From Planctopirus limnophila DSM 3776 (lineage in GTDB: Bacteria > Planctomycetota > Planctomycetia > Planctomycetales > Planctomycetaceae), in assembly GCF_000092105.1 (NCBI RefSeq), contig NC_014148.1:2370001-2402000 (forward strand): a stretch of 32,000 nucleotides of DNA, read 5' to 3'. Below, in pieces: positions 1-10,096 of the stretch (position 1 is the stretch's first letter; the number at the start of each line of letters is the position of its first letter). The notes under the pieces are model-generated. The model did no database searches, had not been told where the DNA came from, and was given only the letters and a program-made list of their open reading frames with translations. Both the position numbers and the translations under genes were made by a program.

Positions 1-3000
1 GCCCGCAGTGGCCGGCATGAACTCGAACTCGAGGCCATTGTTCCCCTTCGAAAGCAATCGGCCACAACCAGGCTGCTGTTGACTTTACCCCCCTCCGCAG
101 TGAGCCATGCTTCCCTGACAATTCCTCAAGTCGATCTGACGATCAAGATGGCTGAGAGTTTCACTCAGTTACCGGCAAATACATCGACTCCCGGTACGAT
201 TGTCGATGCTTTCGGATTCGGCCCAAAAATGGATGTTTCTTGGCAACCTGCGATAGTGCAGGCTGCCGATGCCAGCCTTGAGTCGTCGACCATTCTGACA
301 GCGCGAGTGAACTCGGAATCATGTGTGATGGATGCAGTCCAACGACTGAGAGTTCCTACGGGGAATCCCGTCCAGTTTGCCATGCGCATTCCGCAAGGTT
401 TTGAACTCGTCACGATTGAGAGCCGGGATTATCGAGAGCATACCCTGGATCCGAACGTTCCGAATCGAGTTCTGATCTCACTTTCGGCCTCAACGACGGG
501 TCTGGTGACCTTGAATTGGACTGTTCGTAAAAGTATCGAACTTGGCGAAGCTATGACCATCCAGGGCTTTCAAGTCGAGAAGGCACGCCGTCAGAATGGT
601 GAGATTGGTTTAATCGCCAGTGACGGTATTCAACTGAAAACCGATGATCTTCGCACACCCCAAATGGTGCGGATGGCTGTCGCCGACTGGCAGGCTCAGA
701 ATTCCGGCGCGCAGGTCTTTCGAGCTTACCGGTTTTTCGGCTCAGGGTTCCAATTGGGTATTACCCCTCAACCTGTGTCTCCGTATGTTGTCTGTGAACC
801 GCAGATCTTTCTGACAGCTTCCGAAAATGAATGGAAGCTGGAAGCCGTTTATCCGGTGGAAGTTTACCGTGGACGAATCACCTCAATGGAATTTCATTGG
901 CCCAGCTGGCAGCGGCAGAATTGGGTGATGGAGGCGATCGAGCCTCGAGGCCCGGTGGTTGAATCATTCATTATTGGTGGAGAGAGAAAAGCCCTTGGTG
1001 GACTCGATTCGTCTCCCCGCAATCGAACCAACGCTGAAGTCGACTCCGGGGGCTCAAACTCGAATCTTACAATTGTCCTGTCATCTCCACGCAGTGAAAG
1101 GTTTACGATTCGCTTGCGTGCACGCCGGATGTTCGATGCCGGGAGTGCGTCACAGTTTATCACGGTCCCTATGCCACTGGATTCGGCACAGGTGCCGGCA
1201 ACGCTGGTGATTGCTAACAGTGAAAATATTGAAAGCACCATTCAAACCAGCAGTGGTGTGCCATTGCGATCTCCTGCGGCCACGACAACCCAGGATCTGC
1301 TCTGGCCCGCAGGACTGAATTCATTGCGTCACACGGTCTATCGACTTCCTGCAGAACTCAATGACCTGCATGCCACGATTCGGCCCCAACCTCGCAAAAT
1401 CAGCGGAACCTCACAGACATCGATTGTTCTGCAAGATCGACAACTCCGCATCGATCAATCTTTACAGCTGAAAGTTCAATACGAACCACTCGAATCGTTG
1501 TTATTGAAAGTTCCAGAAGAGATTGTTGACCGTTGTGAGTTTCGCAGTGAGAAGGGTGAATTGTTGCCAAGTGTCTGGGGGCCACTGTTGCCCAGCGGAC
1601 ACCGACAGGTGCAACTGAATTTTCGTACTCCCGTCCTGGGGAATTCGATCGTGAAGGCGACTTATTCGTTTCCGCTTTCCGATCAAGCCACAAAAATCGA
1701 GCCTGTCAAAGTACGACTGATTACTCCCGTTGATTTTTCAATCTCGTCCTCGACTGTCGAATATCCCAAAGGCCAGGCACTGGCACCCACCAGCCCGATT
1801 GCCGGTTGGAGATCAAACTCATCTCCATCGTCACCGCATCAGTGGATCAGTAATGAGGGCGTGGATTCCATCACGTTGCGTCTGGAACCTGGCAGTGAAC
1901 TGGACGGGGATCGACCAGATGTTGATGAGTGTGTGAACACTGTCATCTGCGATGAGTCGGGTAAAGATTTGTGGACCACAAGCATACTGCTTTCGTCTTC
2001 AGTACCGAACCTGATTGTCGAACTGCCCGGGAATCCACAATCTCCCCGATTTTTCTGGAATGGGCAGGAAGTCCCTCCCGTTTCCACAACCATCACAACA
2101 CCCGAGGTCAAGACTTACACGCTACTCAGACCCAATACCGCTCGATCTGAAACTCAATCCAGCCAACGTGTCTTTCCAAATCCGAATACAGGCTCTCAAC
2201 TCATAGTGGGAAGTAGCAATCCTCTCCTGTTGCAAGTCACATGGTTGAGCGAGATACCCGTATCCAGTCGCTGGTCGAGTGAAATCCGACTCCAGGGGGC
2301 ACAACTTCCATTCGTGAACTGGTCAGGTCAAAGTTACTGGGACGTTAGGCTCTCGGGAAATCAGTACTTACTGAATTATTCCCGTAAGCTCTCCCCATTG
2401 TTTCGTTGGCAGAGACAAGGTTTATTCTGGAGACGAAATTCTCCAGCCACTCCGATTTCAGAAGGGTTTCAGAAGTACGCCCAACAGCTTCAGACCACGT
2501 TAACGCCCTCTGTGCAGAGAGCAGCAAATCCCGACTCGCTTCCAGTCGATTTGAATCGATATCTGTTCACGGAGTTTGGCCGTCCGGATGCCCATCAGAT
2601 TGCCACCATCAGCATGCCACTGATCGTCTTTTTAGGTGCCGGGTTTGCATTGGCCACAGGTTTTTTATTGCTGCGGATCCCCAGATTACGTCAACCAATC
2701 CCTCTTTTAATGTTCGTCTTTGCGATCTCACTGGTGGGACTCTTTCAAATGCCAGTCCTGCAACTCCTGGCTCAACCCATCATCATCGGCTTGATCTTTC
2801 CGATCCTCGCAATTCTTCTTGAGCGATGGACAGCTTATCGTCATGGACAATCGATACTGACACTTTCTCATGATTCGACGGGCAGCTATCGAGCAGCAAG
2901 TGCAGAACCATCAATGACGGCCCTGTTCTCGAATGATGGTTCGACACAGTATCGACGCCCTCAATTGACACCAGCCTCAGAAGGTGAGCGAGGGTTGTCA

Positions 3001-3003
3001 TGA
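1..3003 (+). CDS. Large envelope/membrane protein of unknown function, probably 5'-truncated by the window edge (module 1 of a giant-protein array)
   Basis: The track ORF 79..3003 starts at a TTG. Reading frame 1 from nt 1 to 78 shows no stop codon, so the frame is open to the left edge and the gene probably begins upstream. The TGA stop (3001-3003) overlaps the ATG (3000-3002) of the next gene as ATGA. A C-terminal cluster of about 3 hydrophobic helices is encoded at ~2608-2820 (MPLIVFLGAGFALATGFLLL, IPLLMFVFAISLVGLF, IIIGLIFPILAILL). It contains a recurrent strand-P-x-G-[FWY]-x-[LI] motif (MRIPQGFELV) that is shared with the next gene. No catalytic motif recognised. Confidence 0.8.
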   Translation, partial: ARSGRHELELEAIVPLRKQSATTRLLLTLPPSAVSHASLTIPQVDLTIKMAESFTQLPANTSTPGTIVDAFGFGPKMDVSWQPAIVQAADASLESSTILTARVNSESCVMDAVQRLRVPTGNPVQFAMRIPQGFELVTIESRDYREHTLDPNVPNRVLISLSASTTGLVTLNWTVRKSIELGEAMTIQGFQVEKARRQNGEIGLIASDGIQLKTDDLRTPQMVRMAVADWQAQNSGAQVFRAYRFFGSGFQLGITPQPVSPYVVCEPQIFLTASENEWKLEAVYPVEVYRGRITSMEFHWPSWQRQNWVMEAIEPRGPVVESFIIGGERKALGGLDSSPRNRTNAEVDSGGSNSNLTIVLSSPRSERFTIRLRARRMFDAGSASQFITVPMPLDSAQVPATLVIANSENIESTIQTSSGVPLRSPAATTTQDLLWPAGLNSLRHTVYRLPAELNDLHATIRPQPRKISGTSQTSIVLQDRQLRIDQSLQLKVQYEPLESLLLKVPEEIVDRCEFRSEKGELLPSVWGPLLPSGHRQVQLNFRTPVLGNSIVKATYSFPLSDQATKIEPVKVRLITPVDFSISSSTVEYPKGQALAPTSPIAGWRSNSSPSSPHQWISNEGVDSITLRLEPGSELDGDRPDVDECVNTVICDESGKDLWTTSILLSSSVPNLIVELPGNPQSPRFFWNGQEVPPVSTTITTPEVKTYTLLRPNTARSETQSSQRVFPNPNTGSQLIVGSSNPLLLQVTWLSEIPVSSRWSSEIRLQGAQLPFVNWSGQSYWDVRLSGNQYLLNYSRKLSPLFRWQRQGLFWRRNSPATPISEGFQKYAQQLQTTLTPSVQRAANPDSLPVDLNRYLFTEFGRPDAHQIATISMPLIVFLGAGFALATGFLLLRIPRLRQPIPLLMFVFAISLVGLFQMPVLQLLAQPIIIGLIFPILAILLERWTAYRHGQSILTLSHDSTGSYRAASAEPSMTALFSNDGSTQYRRPQLTPASEGERGLS

Positions 3004-6000
3004 GAAGACGGGGCCTGTGTGTCTGGGTGCTGGTTTCAATCTTTGTGTTTTCTGGCCTCATCGAGGGAGTGGCGGCAGACGATCTGGGTTTACAGCGGAT
3101 TAATGTCCCTGCCAATCAGCCTGAACAGTGGCCGAAGGGCAACTGGAGTGCCATTCCCAGAGAAGAGTTTGCCGAGTGGCTCAAGAAGATTGAAGAAAAA
3201 AAGTCACGCCCGACTCGCAGTCGGCTTCATAAAGCAATCTATCACCTGAAAGTTGTTGATCAGCGACTGGAGGGGACATTTGAACTGAATCTGGCAGGTA
3301 CATCGTTGCCGGCAGGCGAACTTCTCGATTTAACTCCGGTGAATCTCGCTGTCAAAAACACCAGTTGGAAAAGTGGCCAACCAGCAGTTTTGGGACTGGC
3401 TGGCAACGATAGGCAATACCTCTGGATTGATGGCAAGGGGAATGTCAGCAACGATCCACTCACGGGTGAGTGTCTTGTCTCGGGAACACGGCTCCCTCAA
3501 AGCCTGTTCTTTCGCTTAGGTCTCTTCCCGGCTGACTTGACTCAGGTCCATCTGGAAGTTCCTCAGGGCTATGAACTCGCCTCATCCGCAGGGGTTTTAA
3601 CTCGTGATAAGCCTCAAGACGAGAAATCATCTCAATCCATGCTGCTCAGCATGGCTGGCCTGGCTGAATGTGAGCTGACATTCACGCGTAAGCCGGATCA
3701 GAACGTCCTGGCAAGTCATCTCATCTACGAAGAAGATGTCACTGCTCTCATTCGTGAAGACGAACTGCGTTTTCTAACCACATTGAGCATCGAGACACCA
3801 GATCGAGTGTCCATTCGCGAACTGAAAATCAAGCTTCCTGACAACTTTGAAATCATTTCGGCAACCCTCGGGGCAGATACCGTTCTTCCCTGGAAACGTT
3901 CTGCCAACCCGGCCACTGATTCCTCGATTGTACTGACATTACCTGCCCAGACATCCGGGCGCTTGCGTGCCATTCGCCTGGAGGGGACGTTGCCCGGGAA
4001 TGTCCTGCCTATGGTTTCGATCCCGCAGGTCGAGTTGGCCCATGCGACGCTTCTTCGGGGAAGGGCGACTGTTTCCGTCATTTCACCTCTACAGGTTCGA
4101 AATGTGGAAATGGAAGGCTATCGCGAATCGGGCCCGGTGACCGTGACCGCTGATGGTGAAGTTTTCACCTATGATCGGCAAGCGCTTAACTCCTCACTCA
4201 AACTCGAAGTTCGGCGCCCCATTCCCCGGTTTACAGCCACTTCGTCGACCATTCTTTACGGTGCGCTGGATCACTGGAGGATTCAGAGCCATGTCGACTG
4301 GCAGGTCTCAAGTGGAGCATTGCAACAGGCCGTGGTTTCCGTGCCTCCGGGTTGGGATATCACCGAAGTGACAGGCGAAGACGAATCCTCACGCCTTGCC
4401 GATTGGGAAATCCAACGGGATTCGACGAGATCTTCGCTCATCATGTTGGAATTCGCACTCCCTGCTTCCCCCGGACAACCCAGGCGAATCCGTATTTCGG
4501 CTCGCCGTTCATTTCCCTCCACACCGGGAAAAATTCCTATACCGGCTATTAAACCATCGAATGCCGAATCGACGGACTATCTTCTCGCAGTGAAGGTAGA
4601 ATCGGCCGGAAAAGCAGTTCCAGGTGCCAACTCACGCTATGAATCAACAGCTTTACCGACATCCATTGACCCCAGGTATGTACGAGACATCCAGAGCTTT
4701 TCTACGTCACTGAAACCTGAAGATTTCTCCTGGTATCGGGCAACAGACCCGCAGGTGACGGGAGATCTGGAATTCAGCAGTCAACTGACACCACTCAAAA
4801 CGACTGCTCAGGTGCTGGTTACAGCCCATGAGGCTTTGATTCACGAACTTTTTGTGCTGAATATCACTTCCGAAGGGCCACCACCTCAAGAAGTGCTGAT
4901 CTTCATTTCTGAACCTGGAGAAGATATCAACTGGCTGGCGTTCCAAGGTGAAGAGGCCACCCGTCTCGAATCCCGGAGAGCAAATAACCGCACATATGCC
5001 GAATGGGGTTATCCAGAAACTGGTGAGCTATGGCTGCTGACCCCCAAAGAGTGGTCTCGAGGCCAATTGACAATCGTCGGCTCACGTCAGCGTCCTCAGG
5101 AAGCGGCGACCATTGGACTGGCATTCATGCCTCAGGCCACTCAATTCGAGGGCCATGTCTTTCTGGAGACAAGTTCTCTCCAGGGGGACGAGATTGTCAC
5201 CACATTGCTCGGTTCCGAAACACGGCCCGATGTGAATGTACTGAAATTCCTGCCTCAGTGGGAAAAACTCCCCGACCATGAAACCAACGGGAGTCCCATT
5301 CCGAATGAGCCATTGCCTGCTGCTCAGAAGGAAAAATCTCAAGAACTCAGCTGGAAACGTTTTGAGTATCGCCTGCTCGATTCACAGCTGAAACTGCAGA
5401 GCCCCCTCACGACTGCCGAACTGAATGGCCCGATTCCGGCTGAAATTTTCCTAACGGCCCAGTTACCGGCAACACTGGGGGGAATCGGTCAAGTCCAACT
5501 GGAGTATCGACTTCCTGAGAACCGCCAATCCCGACTCTTCAATGTGAATCTCCCAGAGGGTTGGCGACTCAAATCCATTCGTTGTGATGGCACAGATCTG
5601 CCGTTGGAAATCGTGAACCAGGCACTGCCAAATACGGAGACGATTCGCTGGAATCGACTCGAACTGGAAATCGAAGGTGTCGTTGCACAGCAATGGCTCA
5701 GACAGCAGATGGAATTGCCCCTTCCCAGGACACCTCTGGTGATCCTGAGCGGAACACTGACACTTCAGGTTCCACCTCAGGTCGATGTTTCCGCGATTTC
5801 AGGAGGCTGGTTTCCTCATCAATCCACAGGACCTGCCTGGACCGAGCGGTGGTTTGGTCCTCTGGGCAGGAAAAGTTCCGAGACCATCTTCGACCCGCTC
5901 AGTCGCCCTGTTTCAAAACTGATTGCCGGTAAAGAAGCCACCCGGCAGGCAACTGCCGGGATGTCAGATCAACACCCAGAAGATCTGGCGGTGAACCAGA

Positions 6001-9000
6001 CACAATGGAAAACGTTCTGCTTTTCACTTCCTGAGATTGCCCCCACGGGAACTTCGTGGAATACAGCGATTGGCACTTCGACAGTTCCACAGAATGATCG
6101 CTTAGAAAAGCCTGACACAGCCTCGATCATATCCAGCAGTTCGTTCCCCCCAACACAATTGACGTTTTTTAATCGAAATGATGTTCAACAAGCGAACTGG
6201 GCCATCCTCCTGGGGACAATTCTTGTTGGAGTCGTGGTGATTGCCTGGTTTCCTCGAAAAGGGGTCATGTCGCTTTTTCTTCTGGGAGTGACCACTGCAG
6301 CCATCCATCCCTGGTGGGGAGTCTTTGAACAATCACTCGCTGGATCCTTTCTGACAGGGATCCTTTTACTATTGGTGATTCCACCTCGACTGTGGACATA
6401 TCAACTCGCTGCTCCATCTGCGAGCACAGTCCCTGCTGGCAGTACATTGAGCTATCGCCTGCCCATACAATCCATGGCCATGTTGCTGGGAACCGCAATC
6501 TGGTGGAGAGTCTTGACTCTCGGGTGGATTGCCAGCCTGCTAGTTCTACCTGCTGTCGCCAATCAACTCGCGCTGCCTTTCCAGAATTTGGCTGGTATCG
6601 AAGCCGAAACAGCACAGGAAAGCACAGTAACATCCGAAAACAGCACGGAAAATCTTCGCCCACTTCCGACGACCATCGATCCCGATGATCCCGCGGGGCC
6701 ACTTCGAAGTGAAGAAACTCAGTTACGGGAACTGCTGGTTCCAGTCGATGCTCAGGGAAATCCAGCGGCGGAACTTCCACTGGTTTATCTGCATCCCGAA
6801 ACTGCAAGACGCCTCAAAGCCTTGGCTGTCGATATCCCTGCACGACTCGACACTTTACTGGGAAATGCCAGCTATGTGGGGAAATGGGGGCCGGGAAAGC
6901 AGGTGATCTTTGAAGTGACCTGCGGCCTTTGGGTGCTCCCCGGTGCCAACGAGGCAGAAATCAAAATCCCTGTTCCCAACAGATTCCTGGGTGGGAGAAA
7001 CTCGGTTCTTCTGGATGGCTCACCGGCCAGTGTGCAGCGTTCTCGGGAGAACGGCGAGATACTGCTGCTCAAATTGCCTGCTGATACAACAGTTAAGTCA
7101 CCGGTCTATCACGAGATGAAACTCCAACTTCGTCCAGCACGCACAGACAATCATTCAGGATTTTCGCAAGTGGTTCCTCTATTAGGAACATTGCAGACAG
7201 CGTTATCGTGGCCAGATTTCAAGCCAGATGAGATCCGCTTTTCAACAGGCACGTCGATGGCATCCTCTGCGGAATCATCAGACTTCCGACAGTGGCTGGG
7301 ACCATTACGACAGATTTTTCTGCGAACTGCCGTTGATGCCAAGGCTGATAACGCCGCTCAGGTCAGCAATCATCTCTTGGAGCAGACCCACCGTGAACTT
7401 GTGAATGCCATCGCGACAATTCATCCGGATTCAATTCAGATCACCCATCAGAGCCGAATCTGGTTAAAGCATGAGACGATGCAATCCTTAAAATTACCGA
7501 TTCCTAAATCGTTGGTTGTTCGCTCATTGCGATCTGATCGATTGTTGCACTGGTATCGGGAAATCGGATTGGAGACGGATTTCCTGAATCTCGAACTGCG
7601 CTCCGTGGCAGAGCCGACACTATTTACAGAGACAATCGAAACGGGTGCATGGGTCAGTGTTGAGTTGCTGGCGATATTGCCTAAACAACCATCTCAGCAG
7701 GCCATCATTCAACTCGATCAATGGAGCGCTGCTCAAGGTGATTCAACGATCGAATGCGACTATCAACTGACGACGGACTGCAATCCTGAGTTCAGATTGA
7801 GTACTCCTGCCAACCCTTCAGTCGCTACTAAGGCAGCAGGAGTCAGTGGACATGAAGGAACTGGAAATGGGGTGCAGTCGTTGGCTGTTTCTGCATCGAA
7901 AATCGTCTCGAGAAGCAGCAAACCATTTCAGATCGAGTTTGCTCTCAGCCCCGCAACTCCTGTCATTAAGACCATCGAGTGGCGACAATTCTGCACAGTC
8001 ATCAACCAAAGGATCGAAGTTGATTACATCGCAACTATTGAAACTGATGATTACCCCATGTTCTCTCATCGCTGGTCGATTGACCGCAGACTGCAGATCG
8101 AGAATGTCTCGATCACTCAAGGTGGTGCTGAACGACTGGTACGGGTTTCCGACGAACGACGTCGTGACCAAGGCCGAACGTTGACCATGCTCCTTTCAAG
8201 TCCCTTGAAAGGAATTCATACGGTTCATATTCACGGTTCGATTTCACTGAGAAATCAACGAACAGTTCCTCTGCCAAAGTTTGAACTGGCTGGTGCTCCT
8301 CCTGTTCCGGGAACGTTACTCGTTCGCAGTTTGCCACAGGTGGCAGTCACCGTTGACGGTATGCTGGAAAAACTAAGTAGTACAGAACTTCAGTTTCCCG
8401 AAGTCAAAGGGATCAGCAGCACAGAGCGAGGTACATTCAAAAACCTTGCTTATCGGTGGAATCTGAATCAGACGCCAACATTGACAGTCACTCCCATCCT
8501 GACATCCTTCCCGGCCACCTCCATCACGTTAGTCGATCTCCAGGATGCCCAGAGAATCGGATTAAAGACCTGGATTCATCTGGATATCGCAACTCACGGC
8601 ATCAACGAGAATCGTTTCGAAATTGAACTGCCATCCGCTTTAAGGGACTCAAATCACACACGTCTGACATCTGAATGGGGCAATATCCGTGAACTGGACG
8701 CGCAAAGCGGTCGATTTGAGCTGATTCGTCACGGCATGACGCAAATTGAAAAACCAATCTCGAAAGAAGTTCCCCGGGCAACATCAACAGAGTTGGTCAT
8801 TCAATGCGAATCAGATCTTGTCCTTCCGCGGGAACAGAATTGGACAATACCTCTGCCTGCGATTGATCAAGTGAGTTATCAGGAACATCTGGTGATGGTG
8901 GTTCCTATTGATGCTGATGTGAAACTTTTGAAATCGATTCCAGGTCGATCTTCGACTCCATTCCCCGCCTGGGTAGAAAAGTTTGTTGGCAACAGCCTGA

Positions 9001-10070
9001 CTAACGAAACCAGTCCCATCATCAGCACAGGGCCGGAACCACCCATCCTGTCATGGGGGATGGCCACAAACACAATCCCTCAGGCACAGGCTCAGCATGT
9101 GATCTGGTTTGGCCAGCAGGGGGGAACTCCGGGAATCTCGTACTTTCAAATCGACCCGCGCGAAATCAATCTTCAAAACCAGCAGTCGATCCAGCTCAAG
9201 ATCGCTGCAGAAATCACCCCAGATGCAGTCATTGTTAATCAAAGATTCCGACCGATCACGAATATGCAAAGTGGGCAGATCTCTCTCGAACTCGACTCAT
9301 CAAAGCCAAATGTTATTAGGCTCTTTTGGCATCGGCGCGGGAAACCACCGACGTTTCAGAATTTATGGGGATTACTGGATCCTCAAACTGCGTTCGGCTA
9401 CCAGGAAATGACCGTGCCTTACCTGGTCGGTGTCGCACCGCAAGAACATCGAGTGCTGCTGGTCTCTTCGCCAGCGCAGCAGGTCGTTACAAATTCCAGA
9501 GATTTCTCCCGAGCGAATAGCTCTGCTCCCATCAAAGTTCTACATTTCTTACCTCCACTCAGTAAAAATCCATCTCCCTTTCGTCGAGCAGAGGCCACTG
9601 ATCAGCTACCGGAAGATCAGCAGGCGTTGACGCTTCAGAGCCTGTTGACCCAGGAAGAGACTTTGCCTCAATATCTGAAGGACGATCAATCGCCAGAAGA
9701 GATGGCTATGACTGGTGCGCAACCGCTGAAACCTTCGAGTGGGCATCGTCGTGCCACGTGGATGCTGATCGATTTCTTAGCTAAGCAGACTTTTGAATAC
9801 CGGCTATCGAGCGGCATCTGGTACTGGATCAGTTGGAGTACAGGGCTGTTGTTGTTGGGCGGATACCTGTTTTCGCGGTTGAGTCCCGTCGGTCTCAGAG
9901 ATTGGTTAATCGAGCACCCTCATGCCGCCTATGCACTGTTAGGGTTGGTGTGGTGGCTGGCATTTGCAGCGAGTGCTGCTGGATTTGCAGTCTGCATTGG
10001 GGCTTTGGCCAGCAGTCTCTGGAGTCGCTTCAAGCGATGGAAAACTCGACCACAACATGTTGCTGCATGA
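3000..10070 (+). CDS. Giant (2356 aa) secreted/polytopic membrane protein of unknown function; looks like two fused modules
   Basis: Uninterrupted 7 kb ORF with an ATG at 3000 preceded by GAGGG about 5 nt upstream. The N-terminus resembles a signal peptide (MRRRGLCVWVLVSIFVFSGLIEGVAADD). There is an internal hydrophobic cluster at aa ~1066-1187 (nt 6195-6560) and a C-terminal cluster at aa ~2273-2341 (nt 9816-10022). Repeated P-x-G-[FWY] strand motifs occur (LEVPQGYEL, KLPDNFEI, VPPGWDI, LPEGWRL). No enzymatic motif recognised. Confidence 0.85.
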   Translation: MRRRGLCVWVLVSIFVFSGLIEGVAADDLGLQRINVPANQPEQWPKGNWSAIPREEFAEWLKKIEEKKSRPTRSRLHKAIYHLKVVDQRLEGTFELNLAGTSLPAGELLDLTPVNLAVKNTSWKSGQPAVLGLAGNDRQYLWIDGKGNVSNDPLTGECLVSGTRLPQSLFFRLGLFPADLTQVHLEVPQGYELASSAGVLTRDKPQDEKSSQSMLLSMAGLAECELTFTRKPDQNVLASHLIYEEDVTALIREDELRFLTTLSIETPDRVSIRELKIKLPDNFEIISATLGADTVLPWKRSANPATDSSIVLTLPAQTSGRLRAIRLEGTLPGNVLPMVSIPQVELAHATLLRGRATVSVISPLQVRNVEMEGYRESGPVTVTADGEVFTYDRQALNSSLKLEVRRPIPRFTATSSTILYGALDHWRIQSHVDWQVSSGALQQAVVSVPPGWDITEVTGEDESSRLADWEIQRDSTRSSLIMLEFALPASPGQPRRIRISARRSFPSTPGKIPIPAIKPSNAESTDYLLAVKVESAGKAVPGANSRYESTALPTSIDPRYVRDIQSFSTSLKPEDFSWYRATDPQVTGDLEFSSQLTPLKTTAQVLVTAHEALIHELFVLNITSEGPPPQEVLIFISEPGEDINWLAFQGEEATRLESRRANNRTYAEWGYPETGELWLLTPKEWSRGQLTIVGSRQRPQEAATIGLAFMPQATQFEGHVFLETSSLQGDEIVTTLLGSETRPDVNVLKFLPQWEKLPDHETNGSPIPNEPLPAAQKEKSQELSWKRFEYRLLDSQLKLQSPLTTAELNGPIPAEIFLTAQLPATLGGIGQVQLEYRLPENRQSRLFNVNLPEGWRLKSIRCDGTDLPLEIVNQALPNTETIRWNRLELEIEGVVAQQWLRQQMELPLPRTPLVILSGTLTLQVPPQVDVSAISGGWFPHQSTGPAWTERWFGPLGRKSSETIFDPLSRPVSKLIAGKEATRQATAGMSDQHPEDLAVNQTQWKTFCFSLPEIAPTGTSWNTAIGTSTVPQNDRLEKPDTASIISSSSFPPTQLTFFNRNDVQQANWAILLGTILVGVVVIAWFPRKGVMSLFLLGVTTAAIHPWWGVFEQSLAGSFLTGILLLLVIPPRLWTYQLAAPSASTVPAGSTLSYRLPIQSMAMLLGTAIWWRVLTLGWIASLLVLPAVANQLALPFQNLAGIEAETAQESTVTSENSTENLRPLPTTIDPDDPAGPLRSEETQLRELLVPVDAQGNPAAELPLVYLHPETARRLKALAVDIPARLDTLLGNASYVGKWGPGKQVIFEVTCGLWVLPGANEAEIKIPVPNRFLGGRNSVLLDGSPASVQRSRENGEILLLKLPADTTVKSPVYHEMKLQLRPARTDNHSGFSQVVPLLGTLQTALSWPDFKPDEIRFSTGTSMASSAESSDFRQWLGPLRQIFLRTAVDAKADNAAQVSNHLLEQTHRELVNAIATIHPDSIQITHQSRIWLKHETMQSLKLPIPKSLVVRSLRSDRLLHWYREIGLETDFLNLELRSVAEPTLFTETIETGAWVSVELLAILPKQPSQQAIIQLDQWSAAQGDSTIECDYQLTTDCNPEFRLSTPANPSVATKAAGVSGHEGTGNGVQSLAVSASKIVSRSSKPFQIEFALSPATPVIKTIEWRQFCTVINQRIEVDYIATIETDDYPMFSHRWSIDRRLQIENVSITQGGAERLVRVSDERRRDQGRTLTMLLSSPLKGIHTVHIHGSISLRNQRTVPLPKFELAGAPPVPGTLLVRSLPQVAVTVDGMLEKLSSTELQFPEVKGISSTERGTFKNLAYRWNLNQTPTLTVTPILTSFPATSITLVDLQDAQRIGLKTWIHLDIATHGINENRFEIELPSALRDSNHTRLTSEWGNIRELDAQSGRFELIRHGMTQIEKPISKEVPRATSTELVIQCESDLVLPREQNWTIPLPAIDQVSYQEHLVMVVPIDADVKLLKSIPGRSSTPFPAWVEKFVGNSLTNETSPIISTGPEPPILSWGMATNTIPQAQAQHVIWFGQQGGTPGISYFQIDPREINLQNQQSIQLKIAAEITPDAVIVNQRFRPITNMQSGQISLELDSSKPNVIRLFWHRRGKPPTFQNLWGLLDPQTAFGYQEMTVPYLVGVAPQEHRVLLVSSPAQQVVTNSRDFSRANSSAPIKVLHFLPPLSKNPSPFRRAEATDQLPEDQQALTLQSLLTQEETLPQYLKDDQSPEEMAMTGAQPLKPSSGHRRATWMLIDFLAKQTFEYRLSSGIWYWISWSTGLLLLGGYLFSRLSPVGLRDWLIEHPHAAYALLGLVWWLAFAASAAGFAVCIGALASSLWSRFKRWKTRPQHVAA

Positions 10071-10096
10071 AACTTGAATGAACATGCAGAACGTTT

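Noticed and set aside
6265-6807. 180-aa minus-strand ORF and many 60-140-aa ORFs within 79..10070
   Set aside because: They are nested in or antisense to the two giant ORFs. They have no motifs and their composition is consistent with shadow frames.
10071-10096. Very short (26-nt) convergent gap between the giant gene and uppP
   Set aside because: No hairpin fits in the gap. This is probably just tight packing, with termination inside the opposing gene, and is not informative on its own.
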